Of a stretch of DNA of 64,000 bases, positions 27,701-41,422 are shown one piece after another (the first letter of the stretch is position 1; every line of letters begins with the position of its first letter). Position numbers and translations under genes: made by a program. Source of the stretch: the human T2T-CHM13v2.0 reference genome, Homo sapiens; NCBI RefSeq assembly GCF_009914755.1, contig NC_060948.1; one strand, given 5' to 3'. The notes beneath the pieces are model-generated. The model did not search any database. It saw nothing but the letters and a program-made list of their open reading frames with translations, and was not told the DNA's origin.

Positions 27701-30690
27701 ACGAATGGAATGGAATCGAACTGAAGAGACTGGAATGGAATGCACTGGAATGGAAGGGAGTGTAATGGAAGGTTGTCGAAAAAAATGGAATCGAATGGAA
27801 TGGAATTGAATGGAACGGAATAGAGTCGAATGGAATTGAATGGAATGGAATGGACTAGAGTGAAATGGAATCGAACCACAAGGAATGGACAGGAATAGAA
27901 TGGTCTCGAATTGAATGGAATCGTATGGAATGGCATCAAACGGAATGGAATGGACAGCCACGGAATGGAATGCACTCGAATGCAATGGAGTCGAAACAAA
28001 TGGACTGGAATAGAATGGACTCGACTGGTACGGACTCCAATGGAATGGAATCGAATGGAAGGGAATCGAACGGAAGGGAATCGAACGGAATGGACTCGAA
28101 GGGAAAAGACTGCAATGGAAAGGTCTCGAATGGAATGGAAATTAATGGAATGGAATGGAATCGAATGAAATGGAGTCAAAAGGAATGGAATCGAATGGCA
28201 AGAAATCTAATGTAATGGAATCGCCAGGAATTGATGCGAACGGAACGGAATGGAATGGAATCCAAAGGAATGGAATAGAATGGAATGGAATCGAATGGAA
28301 AGGACTCCAATGGAAATCACTCGAATAGAATGCAATTTAATAAAATAGGATCAAATGTAATGGAATGGAATGGAAAGGAATCGAAACGAAAGGAATGGAG
28401 ACAGATGGAATGGAATGGAACAGAGAGCAATGGTATAGAATGGAATGGAATCATCTGGAATGGAATTGAATGGAATGGAATAATATGAAATGGAATGGAA
28501 TGGAATGGAGTGGAATGCCCTTGAATTAAATGGACTGGAATGGAATGGACTCAAACAGAGTGGAATGGAAAGTGTGGAGATAGAATGGAATGAACTCCTT
28601 TGGAATGGTGTAGTATGCAATGCAATCGACTGGCAGGGAATCAAAAGAAATGTAATCGAATGGATTGGACTGGAATGCAATGGACTCGAATAGATTGGAA
28701 ACGGAATGCAAAGGAATGGAATGGAATAGTATGGAATGCAATGGAAGGGAATGGAGTGGAATAGACTAGAGTGGAATGGAATGGACTGGAAAGCAATGGA
28801 CTGGAATGGAACTTTCTTGGATGGACTGGAATCAAACGGAATGGAATGCAATGCAATCAAATGGCATGGAATAAAATAGAATGAAAGAGAATCAAATGGA
28901 ATTGAATCGAATGGAATCGAATGGATTGGAAATGAATAGAATGGAATGGAATGGAATTGACTCAAATGGAATGGACTAGAATGGAATGGATTCGAATGGA
29001 AGGCAAAGGAATGGAATCTATTGGAATGGACTGTAATGGAATGGAATGGAAGGGATTGGAATGGACTCGAATGGAATGGACTGCAATAGAAAGGATTCGA
29101 ATGGAATGAAAAAGAATTGAATGGAATAGAACAGAATGGAATCAAATCGAATGAAATGGAATGGAATAGAAAGGAATGGAATGAAATGGAATGGAAAGGA
29201 TTCGAATGGAATGCAATCGAATGGAATGGAATCGAACGGAATGGAATAAAATGGAAGAAAACTGGCAAGAAATGGAATCGAAATGAATGGAGTGTTATGG
29301 AACGGACTCAAACGGAATTGAATGTAATAGAATGGAGTGGAGTGGACTCGAATATAATGGACTGGAATGGAATGAAATCACATGGAATGGGAACGAATGG
29401 AATGGAATGGAAAGGAATGGAATCGAATGGAAAGGAATCGAATGGAAGGGAATGAAATTGAATCAACAGGAATGGAAGGGAATAGAATAGACTGTAATGG
29501 AATGGACTCGAATAGAATGGACACGAATGCTCAAATTAAATGGACTCGAATGGAATGGAAACGAAAGGAATGTCATCGAATGGAATTGAATCGATTGGAA
29601 TGAAATCGCATAGAATGGAGTGGAATCAAATGGAATTGAATCGAAAGGAAAGGAAGCGAATGGACTGAAATGAAATGGAATGGAATTGTATGGAAAGTAA
29701 TGCAATGGAATAGAATGGAACGAAATTTCACGGAATGGAATCAAACTGAATGGAATCAAATCAATGGAATCAAATCAAATGGAATGGAAAGGAATTGAAT
29801 GGAGTAGATGGGATTGGATGGGATTGGAATGAAATGTACTGGAAAGGACTCGAATTTCATGAAACGGAATGGAATGAATTGGAACGGAATGGACTCGAAT
29901 GGAATGGAATGTCATGGGATGGCATCAAATGGAATGGCATCAAATGGAATGGAATCGAATGCAATGGAATGCTGTGGAATGGAATGGAATGCATTGGAAT
30001 GGAATGTCCTCTAATGGAATGGATTCGAGTGGAATGGAATTGAATATAATGGAGTCGAATGAAATGGAATTGAAAGGAATGGGATCGAATACAATGGAAT
30101 ATACTGGAATGTAACGTAATGAACTCGAATGTAATTGACTGGAATGGAATGTACATGAATGGAATGTAATCGAATGGAAAGTAATCCAATGGAATAGAAT
30201 CTAATGCAATAAAATCGACTCAGATAGAGTAGAATGTAATGGAATGGAGTGCAGTGCAATGGAATGGAATGGAATGGAATGCAATGGAATGGAATGGAAT
30301 GGAATGGAATGGAATGGAATGGAATGGGATGGAATGGTATGGAATGGATAGTAATAGACTGGAGTGAAATGGACTGGAAAGGAATGGACTCAAATTGAAA
30401 GGGCTCGAAAGGAATGGAGTCAAATGGAATGGTCTGGAATGGAATGAACACGAATGTAATGCAACCCAATAGAATGGAATCGAATGGCATGGAATATAAA
30501 GAAATGGAATCGAAGAGAATGGAAACAAATGGAATGGAATTGAATGGAATGGAATTGAATGGAATGGGAACGAATGGAGTGAAATTGTATGCAGTAGAAG
30601 AGAATAGAATGGAATGCAAGCGAAAGGAAAGGAATGGATTGGAATGGAATGGAATTCATTGGAATGGAAGGGAATGTAGTGTAATGGACA
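12796..30690 (+). repeat. Five near-identical DYZ1 units U5-U9 (3,579 bp each, group B)
   Basis: GGCC at 12796, 16375, 19954, 23533, 27112, 30691 (constant 3,579 spacing); shared markers ggttgtcg, 15-bp duplication, ggaaatgaatag, ctcaaacgg, attgtatgg, gctgtgg, gtaatagactgg. Confidence 0.93.
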
Positions 30691-33600
30691 GGCCTGGAAT
30701 AAAGTGGAATGCTACGGTCTCGAATGGAATAAAAATGTATGGAATGGAATGCAATGAAACGGAATCGAATGTCATAGAATGTAATGGAATGCAACAAAAT
30801 GGAATCCAAAATCATTGACTGGAAAGGCTGGGTGTCGAAAGGAATTGACTCCAATGGAATGGAATCGAATGGAATGGAAGTGAATAGAATCGAACTAAAT
30901 CGAATGGAATGGAATTGATAGGAACGGAATGGAAAGGAATGCAATGATTTGGCATGGAATGGAATCGAATGGCATCGAATGGAATGGAATGGAATGCAAT
31001 GGAATGGAATGTATTAGAATGTAATGAACTTTAATGGAATGTACTCGAATGGATTCGACTGGAATGGAATGTTCTGGAAGTGAATGGACTCCAATGGAAT
31101 GGATTCAAAAGGAATGGAATCGTACGGAATGGAATCTAATGGAATGGAATTAAATGGAAATGAATCAAATTGAATAGCACGGAATTGAATTGAATGGAAT
31201 GGAATGCAATGGAATCTAATGAAACGGAAAGGAAAGGAATGGAATGGAATGGAATGGGCTGGAATGGAAAGGAATCGAAACGAATGGAATGGAATCGAAC
31301 TGAAGAGACTGGAATGGAATGCACTGGAATGGAAGGGAGTGTAATGGAAGGTTCTCGAAAAAAATGGAATCGAATGGAATGGAATTGAATGGAACGGAAT
31401 AGAGTCGAATGGAATTGAATGGAATGGAATGGACTAGAGTGAAATGGAATCGAACCACAAGGAATGGACAGGAATAGAATGGTCTCGAATTGAATGGAAT
31501 CGTATGGAATGGCATCAAACGGAATGGAATGGACAGCCACGGAATGGAATGCACTCGAATGCAATGGAGTCGAAACAAATGGACTGGAATAGAATGGACT
31601 CGACTGGTACGGACTCCAATGGAATGGAATCGAATGGAAGGGAATCGAACGGAAGGGAATCGAACGGAATGGACTCGAAGGGAAAAGACTGCAATGGAAA
31701 GGTCTCGAATGGAATGGAAATTAATGGAATGGAATGGAATCGAATGAAATGGAGTCAAAAGGAATGGAATCGAATGGCAAGAAATCGAATGTAATGGAAT
31801 CGCCAGGAATTGATGTGAACGGAACGGAATGGAATCGAATCCAAAGGAATGGAATAGAATGGAATGGAATCGAATGGAAAGGACTCCAATGGAAATCACT
31901 CGAATAGAATGCAATTTAATAAAATAGGATCAAATGTAATGGAATGGAATGGAAAGGAATCGAAACGAAAGGAATGGAGACAGATGGAATGGAATGGAAC
32001 AGAGAGCAATGGTATAGAATGGAATGGAATCATCTGGAATGGAATTGAATGGAATGGAATAATATGAAATGGAATGGAATGGAATGGAATGGAATGCCCT
32101 TGAATTAAATGGACTGGAATGGAATGGACTCAAACAGAGTGGAATGGAAAGTGTGGAGATAGAATGGAATGAACTCCTTTGGAATGGTGTAGTATGCAAT
32201 GCAATCGACTGGCAGGGAATCAAAAGGAATGTAATCGAATGGATTGGACTGGAATGCAATGGACTCGAATAGATTGGAAACGGAATGCAAAGGAATGGAA
32301 TGGAATAGTATGGAATGCAATGGAAGGGAATGGAGTGGAATAGACTAGAGTGGAATGGAATGGACTGGAAAGCAATGGACTGGAATGGAACTTTCTTGGA
32401 TGGACTGGAACCAAACGGAATGGAATGCAATGCAATCAAATGGCATGGAATAAAATAGAATGAAAGAGAATCAAATGGAATTGAATCGAATGGAATCGAA
32501 TGGATTGTAAAGGAATAGAATGGAATGGAATGGAATTGACTCAAATGGAATGGACTAGAATGGAATGGATTCGAATGGAAGGCAAAGGAATGGAATCTAT
32601 TGGAATGGACTGTAATGGAATGGAATGGAAGGGATTGGAATGGACTCGAATGGAATGGACTGCAATAGAAAGGATTCGAATGGAATGAAAAAGAATTGAA
32701 TGGAATAGAACAGAATGGAATCAAATCGAATGAAATGGAATGGAATAGAAAGGAATGGAATGAAATGGAATGGAAAGGATTCGAATGGAATGCAATCGAA
32801 TGGAATGGAATCGAACGGAATGGAATAAAATGGAAGAAAACTGGCAAGAAATGGAATCGAAATGAATGGAGTGTTATGGAACGGACTCAAAAGGAATTGA
32901 ATGTAATAGAATGGAGTGGAGTGGACTCGAATATAATGGACTGGAATGGAATGAAATCACATGGAATGGGAACGAATGGAATGGAATGGAAAGGAATGGA
33001 ATCGAATGGAAAGGAATCGAATGGAAGGGAATGAAATTGAATCAACAGGAATGGAAGGGAATAGAATAGACTGTAATGGAATGGACTCGAATAGAATGGA
33101 CACGAATGCTCAAATTAAATGGACTCGAATGGAATGGAAACGAAAGGAATGTCATCGAATGGAATTGAATCGATTGGAATGAAATCGCATAGAATGGAGT
33201 GGAATCAAATGGAATTGAATCGAAAGGAAAGGAAGCGAATGGACTGAAATGAAATGGAATGGAATTGAATGGAAAGTAATGCAATGGAATAGAATGGAAC
33301 GAAATTTCACGGAATGGAATCAAACTGAATGGAATCAAATCAATGGAATCAAATCAAATGGAATGGAAAGGAATTGAATGGAGTAGATGGGATTGGATGG
33401 GATTGGAATGAAATGTACTGGAAAGGACTCGAATTTCATGAAACGGAATGGAATGAATTGGAACGGAATGGACTCGAATGGAATGGAATGTCATGGGATT
33501 GCATCAAATGGAATGGCATCAAATGGAATGGAATCGAATGCAATGGAATGCTATGGAATGGAATGGAATGCATTGGAATGGAATGTCCTCTAATGGAATG

Positions 33601-36600
33601 GATTCGAGTGGAATGGAATTGAATATAATGGAGTCGAATGAAATGGAATTGAAAGGAATGGGATCGAATACAATGGAATATACTGGAATGTAACGTAATG
33701 AACTCGAATGTAATTGACTGGAATGGAATGTACATGAATGGAATGTAATCGAATGGAAAGTAATCCAATGGAATAGAATCTAATGCAATAAAATCGACTC
33801 AGATAGAGTAGAATGTAATGGAATGGAGTGCAGTGCAATGGAATGGAATGGAATGGAATGCAATGGAATGGAATGGAATGGAATGGAATGGAATGGAATG
33901 GAATGGAATGGGATGGAATGGTATGGAATGGATAGTAATGGACTGGAGTGAAATGGACTGGAAAGGAATGGACTCAAATTGAAAGGGCTCGAAAGGAATG
34001 GAGTCAAATGGAATGGTCTGGAATGGAATGAACACGAATGTAATGCAACCCAATAGAATGGAATCGAATGGCATGGAATATAAAGAAATGGAATCGAAGA
34101 GAATGGAAACAAATGGAATGGAATTGAATGGAATGGAATTGAATGGAATGGGAACGAATGGAGTGAAATTGTATGCAGTAGAAGAGAATAGAATGGAATG
34201 CAAGCGAAAGGAAAGGAATGGATTGGAATGGAATGGAATTCATTGGAATGGAAGGGAATGTAGTGTAATGGACAGGCCTGGAATAAAGTGGAATGCTACG
34301 GTCTCGAATGGAATAAAAATGTATGGAATGGAATGCAATGAAACGGAATCGAATGTCATAGAATGTAATGGAATGCAAAAAAATGGAATCCAAAATCATT
34401 GACTGGAAAGGCTGGGTGTCGAAAGGAATTGACTCCAATGGAATGGAATCGAATGGAATGGAAGTGAATAGAATCGAACTAAATCGAATGGAATGGAATT
34501 GATAGGAACGGAATGGAAAGGAATGCAATGATTTGGCATGGAATGGAATCGAATGGCATCGAATGGAATGGAATGGAATGCAATGGAATGGAATGTATTA
34601 GAATGTAATGAACTTTAATGGAATGTACTCGAATGGATTCGACTGGAATGGAATGTTCTGGAAGTGAATGGACTCCAATGGAATGGATTCAAAAGGAATG
34701 GAATCGTACGGAATGGAATCTAATGGAATGGAATTAAATGGAAATGAATCAAATTGAATAGCACGGAATTGAATTGAATGGAATGGAATGCAATGGAATC
34801 TAATGAAACGGAAAGGAAAGGAATGGAATGGAATGGAATGGGCTGGAATGGAAAGGAATCGAAACGAATGGAATGGAATCGAACTGAAGAGACTGGAATG
34901 GAATGCACTGGAATGGAAGGGAGTGTAATGGAAGGTTCTCGAAAAAAATGGAATCGAATGGAATGGAATTGAATGGAACGGAATAGAGTCGAATGGAATT
35001 GAATGGAATGGAATGGACTAGAGTGAAATGGAATCGAACCACAAGGAATGGACAGGAATAGAATGGTCTCGAATTGAATGGAATCGTATGGAATGGCATC
35101 AAACGGAATGGAATGGACAGCCACGGAATGGAATGCACTCGAATGCAATGGAGTCGAAACAAATGGACTGGAATAGAATGGACTCGACTGGTACGGACTC
35201 CAATGGAATGGAATCGAATGGAAGGGAATCGAACGGAAGGGAATCGAACGGAATGGACTCGAAGGGAAAAGACTGCAATGGAAAGGTCTCGAATGGAATG
35301 GAAATTAATGGAATGGAATGGAATCGAATGAAATGGAGTCAAAAGGAATGGAATCGAATGGCAAGAAATCGAATGTAATGGAATCGCCAGGAATTGATGT
35401 GAACGGAACGGAATGGAATGGAATCCAAAGGAATGGAATAGAATGGAATGGAATCGAATGGAAAGGACTCGAATGGAAATCACTCGAATAGAATGCAATT
35501 TAATAAAATAGGATCAAATGTAATGGAATGGAATGGAAAGGAATCGAAACGAAAGGAATGGAGACAGATGGAATGGAATGGAACAGAGAGCAATGGTATA
35601 GAATGGAATGGAATCATCTGGAATGGAATTGAATGGAATGGAATAATATGAAATGGAATGGAATGGAATGGAATGGAATGCCCTTGAATTAAATGGACTG
35701 GAATGGAATGGACTCAAACAGAGTGGAATGGAAAGTGTGGAGATAGAATGGAATGAACTCCTTTGGAATGGTGTAGTATGCAATGCAATCGACTGGCAGG
35801 GAATCAAAAGGAATGTAATCGAATGGATTGGACTGGAATGCAATGGACTCGAATAGATTGGAAACGGAATGCAAAGGAATGGAATGGAATAGTATGGAAT
35901 GCAATGGAAGGGAATGGAGTGGAATAGACTAGAGTGGAATGGAATGGACTGGAAAGCAATGGACTGGAATGGAACTTTCTTGGATGGACTGGAACCAAAC
36001 GGAATGGAATGCAATGCAATCAAATGGCATGGAATAAAATAGAATGAAAGAGAATCAAATGGAATTGAATCGAATGGAATCGAATGGATTGGAAAGGAAT
36101 AGAATGGAATGGAATGGAATTGACTCAAATGGAATGGACTAGAATGGAATGGATTCGAATGGAAGGCAAAGGAATGGAATCTATTGGAATGGACTGTAAT
36201 GGAATGGAATGGAAGGGATTGGAATGGACTCGAATGGAATGGACTGCAATAGAAAGGATTCGAATGGAATGAAAAAGAATTGAATGGAATAGAACAGAAT
36301 GGAATCAAATCGAATGAAATGGAATGGAATAGAAAGGAATGGAATGAAATGGAATGGAAAGGATTCGAATGGAATGCAATCGAATGGAATGGAATCGAAC
36401 GGAATGGAATAAAATGGAAGAAAACTGGCAAGAAATGGAATCGAAATGAATGGAGTGTTATGGAACGGACTCAAAAGGAATTGAATGTAATAGAATGGAG
36501 TGGAGTGGACTCGAATATAATGGACTGGAATGGAATGAAATCACATGGAATGGGAACGAATGGAATGGAATGGAAAGGAATGGAATCGAATGGAAAGGAA

Positions 36601-37858
36601 TCGAATGGAAGGGAATGAAATTGAATCAACAGGAATGGAAGGGAATAGAATAGACTGTAATGGAATGGACTCGAATAGAATGGACACGAATGCTCAAATT
36701 AAATGGACTCGAATGGAATGGAAACGAAAGGAATGTCATCGAATGGAATTGAATCGATTGGAATGAAATCGCATAGAATGGAGTGGAATCAAATGGAATT
36801 GAATCGAAAGGAAAGGAAGCGAATGGACTGAAATGAAATGGAATGGAATTGAATGGAAAGTAATGCAATGGAATAGAATGGAACGAAATTTCACGGAATG
36901 GAATCAAACTGAATGGAATCAAATCAATGGAATCAAATCAAATGGAATGGAAAGGAATTGAATGGAGTAGATGGGATTGGATGGGATTGGAATGAAATGT
37001 ACTGGAAAGGACTCGAATTTCATGAAACGGAATGGAATGAATTGGAACGGAATGGACTCGAATGGAATGGAATGTCATGGGATTGCATCAAATGGAATGG
37101 CATCAAATGGAATAGAACCGAATGCAATGGAATGCTATGGAATGGAATGGAATGCATTGGAATGGAATGTCCTCTAATGGAATGGATTCGAGTGGAATGG
37201 AATTGAATATAATGGAGTCGAATGAAATGGAATTGAAAGGAATGGGATCGAATACAATGGAATATACTGGAATGTAACGTAATGAACTCGAATGTAATTG
37301 ACTGGAATGGAATGTACATGAATGGAATGTAATCGAATGGAAAGTAATCCAATGGAATAGAATCTAATGCAATAAAATCGACTCAGATAGAGTAGAATGT
37401 AATGGAATGGAGTGCAGTGCAATGGAATGGAATGGAATGGAATGCAATGGAATGGAATGGAATGGAATGGAATGGAATGGAATGGAATGGAATGGGATGG
37501 AATGGTATGGAATGGATAGTAATGGACTGGAGTGAAATGGACTGGAAAGGAATGGACTCAAATTGAAAGGGCTCGAAAGGAATGGAGTCAAATGGAATGG
37601 TCTGGAATGGAATGAACACGAATGTAATGCAACCCAATAGAATGGAATCGAATGGCATGGAATATAAAGAAATGGAATCGAAGAGAATGGAAACAAATGG
37701 AATGGAATTGAATGGAATGGAATTGAATGGAATGGGAACGAATGGAGTGAAATTGTATGCAGTAGAATGGAATAGAATGGAATGCAAGCGAAAGGAAAGG
37801 AATGGATTGGAATGGAATGGAATTCATTGGAATGGAAGGGAATGTAGTGTAATGGACA
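30691..37858 (+). repeat. Two DYZ1 units U10-U11 (3,584 bp each)
   Basis: GGCC at 30691, 34275, 37859; shared private markers ggaaccaaac and gggattgcatc; one extra GGAAT in the long pure run. Confidence 0.9.
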
Positions 37859-40800
37859 GGCCTGGAATAAAGTGGAATGCTACGGTCTCGAATGGAATAA
37901 AAATGTATGGAATGGAATGCAATGAAACGGAATCGAATGTCATAGAATGTAATGGAATGCAACAAAATGGAATCCAAAATCATTGACTGGAAAGGCTGGG
38001 TGTCGAAAGGAATTGACTCCAATGGAATGGAATCGAATGGAATGGAAGTGAATAGAATCGAACTAAATCGAATGGAATGGAATTGATAGGAACGGAATGG
38101 AAAGGAATGCAATGATTTGGCATGGAATGGAATCGAATGGCATCGAATGGAATGGAATGGAATGCAATGGAATGGAATGTATTAGAATGGAATGAACTTT
38201 AATGGAATGTACTCGAATGGATTCGACTGGAATGGAATGTTCTGGAAGTGAATGGACTCCAATGGAATGGATTCAAAAGGAATGGAATCGTACGGAATGG
38301 AATCTAATGGAATGGAATTAAATGGAAATGAATCAAATTGAATAGCACGGAATTGAATTGAATGGAATGGAATGCAATGGAATCTAATGAAACGGAAAGG
38401 AAAGGAATGGAATGGAATGGAATGGGCTGGAATGGAAAGGAATCGAAACGAATGGAATGGAATCGAACTGAAGAGACTGGAATGGAATGCACTGGAATGG
38501 AAGGGAGTGTAATGGAAGGTTCTCGAAAAAAATGGAATCGAATGGAATGGAATTGAATGGAACGGAATAGAGTCGAATGGAATTGAATGGAATGGAATGG
38601 ACTAGAGTGAAATGGAATCGAACCACAAGGAATGGACAGGAATAGAATGGTCTCGAATTGAATGGAATCGTATGGAATGGCATCAAACGGAATGGAATGG
38701 ACAGCCACGGAATGGAATGCACTCGAATGCAATGGAGTCGAAACAAATGGACTGGAATAGAATGGACTCGACTGGTACGGACTCCAATGGAATGGAATCG
38801 AATGGAAGGGAATCGAACGGAAGGGAATCGAACGGAATGGACTCGAAGGGAAAAGACTGCAATGGAAAGGTCTCGAATGGAATGGAAATTAATGGAATGG
38901 AATGGAATCGAATGAAATGGAGTCAAAAGGAATGGAATCGAATGGCAAGAAATCGAATGTAATGGAATCGCCAGGAATTGATGTGAACGGAACGGAATGG
39001 AATGGAATCCAAAGGAATGGAATAGAATGGAATGGAATCGAATGGAAAGGACTCGAATGGAAATCACTCGAATAGAATGCAATTTAATAAAATAGGATCA
39101 AATGTAATGGAATGGAATGGAAAGGAATCGAAACGAAAGGAATGGAGACAGATGGAATGGAATGGAACAGAGAGCAATGGTATAGAATGGAATGGAATCA
39201 TCTGGAATGGAATTGAATGGAATGGAATAATATGAAATGGAATGGAATGGAATGGAATGGAATGCCCTTGAATTAAATGGACTGGAATGGAATGGACTCA
39301 AACAGAGTGGAATGGAAAGTGTGGAGATAGAATGGAATGAACTCCTTTGGAATGGTGTAGTATGCAATGCAATCGACTGGCAGGGAATCAAAAGGAATGT
39401 AATCGAATGGATTGGACTGGAATGCAATGGACTCGAATAGATTGGAAACGGAATGCAAAGGAATGGAATGGAATAGTATGGAATGCAATGGAAGGGAATG
39501 GAGTGGAATAGACTAGAGTGGAATGGAATGGACTGGAAAGCAATGGACTGAAATGGAACTTTCCTGAATGGACTGGAATCAAACGGAATGGAATGCAATG
39601 CAATCAAATGGCATGGAATAAAATAGAATGAAAGAGAATCAAATGGAATTGAATCGAATGGAATCGAATGGATTGGAAAGGAATAGAATGGAATGGAATG
39701 GAATTGACTCAAATGGAATGGACTAGAATGGAATGGATTCGAATGGAAGGCAAAGGAATGGAATCTATTGGAATGGACTGTAATGGAATGGAATGGAAGG
39801 GATTGGAATGGACTCGAATGGAATGGACTGCAATAGAAAGGATTCGAATGGAATGAAAAAGAATTGAATGGAATAGAACAGAATGGAATCAAATCGAATG
39901 AAATGGAATGGAATAGAAAGGAATGGAATGAAATGGAATGGAAAGGATTCGAATGGAATGCAATCGAATGGAATGGAATCGAACGGAATGGAATAAAATG
40001 GAAGAAAACTGGCAAGAAATGGAATCGAAATGAATGGAGTGTTATGGAACGGACTCAAAAGGAATTGAATGTAATAGAATGGAGTGGAGTGGACTCGAAT
40101 ATAATGGACTGGAATGGAATGAAATCACATGGAATGGGAACGAATGGAATGGAATGGAAAGGAATGGAATCGAATGGAAAGGAATGGAATGGAAGGGAAT
40201 GAAATTGAATCAACACGAATGGAAGGGAATAGAATAGACTGTAATGGAATGGACTCGAATAGAATGGACACGAATGCTCAAATTAAATGGACTCGAATGG
40301 AATGGAAACGAAAGGAATGTCATCGAATGGAATTGAATCGATTGGAATGAAATCGCATAGAATGGAGTGGAATCAAATGGAATTGAATCGAAAGGAAAGG
40401 AAGCGAATGGACTGAAATGAAATGGAATGGAATTGAATGGAAAGTAATGCAATGGAATAGAATGGAACGAAATTTCACGGAATGGAATCAAACTGAATGG
40501 AATCAAATCAATGGAATCAAATCAAATGGAATGGAAAGGAATTGAATGGAGTAGATGGGATTGGATGGGATTGGAATGAAATGTACTGGAAAGGACTCGA
40601 ATTTCATGAAACGGAATGGAATGAATTGGAACGGAATGGACTCGAATGGAATGGAATGTCATGGGATGGCATCAAATGGAATGGCATCAAATGGAATGGA
40701 ATCGAATGCAATGGAATGCTATGGAATGGAATGGAATGCATTGGAATGGAATGTCCTCTAATGGAATGGATTCGAGTGGAATGGAATTGAATATAATGGA

Positions 40801-41422
40801 GTCGAATGAAATGGAATTGAAAGGAATGGGATCGAATACAATGGAATATACTGGAATGTAACGTAATGAACTCGAATGTAATTGACTGGAATGGAATGTA
40901 CATGAATGGAATGTAATCGAATGGAAAGTAATCCAATGGAATAGATTCTAATGCAATAAAATCGACTCAGATAGAGTAGAATGTAATGGAATGGAGTGCA
41001 GTGCAATGGAATGGAATGGAATGGAATGCAATGGAATGGAATGGAATGGAATGGAATGGAATGGAATGGAATGGGATGGAATGGTATGGAATGGATAGTA
41101 ATGGACTGGAGTGAAATGGACTGGAAAGGAATGGACTCAAATTGAAAGGGCTCGAAAGGAATGGAGTCAAATGGAATGGTCTGGAATGGAATGAACACGA
41201 ATGTAATGCAACCCAATAGAATGGAATCGAATGGCATGGAATATAAAGAAATGGAATCGAAGAGAATGGAAACAAATGGAATGGAATTGAATGGAATGGG
41301 AACGAATGGAGTGAAATTGTATGCAGTAGAAGAGAATAGAATGGAATGCAAGCGAAAGGAAAGGAATGGATTGGAATGGAATGGAATTCATTGGAATGGA
41401 AGGGAATGTAGTGTAATGGACA
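37859..41422 (+). repeat. DYZ1 unit U12 (3,564 bp)
   Basis: GGCC 37859 to 41423; has the 15-bp duplication but a 15-bp deletion near 41285, so the canonical length is reached by two compensating indels. Confidence 0.9.
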
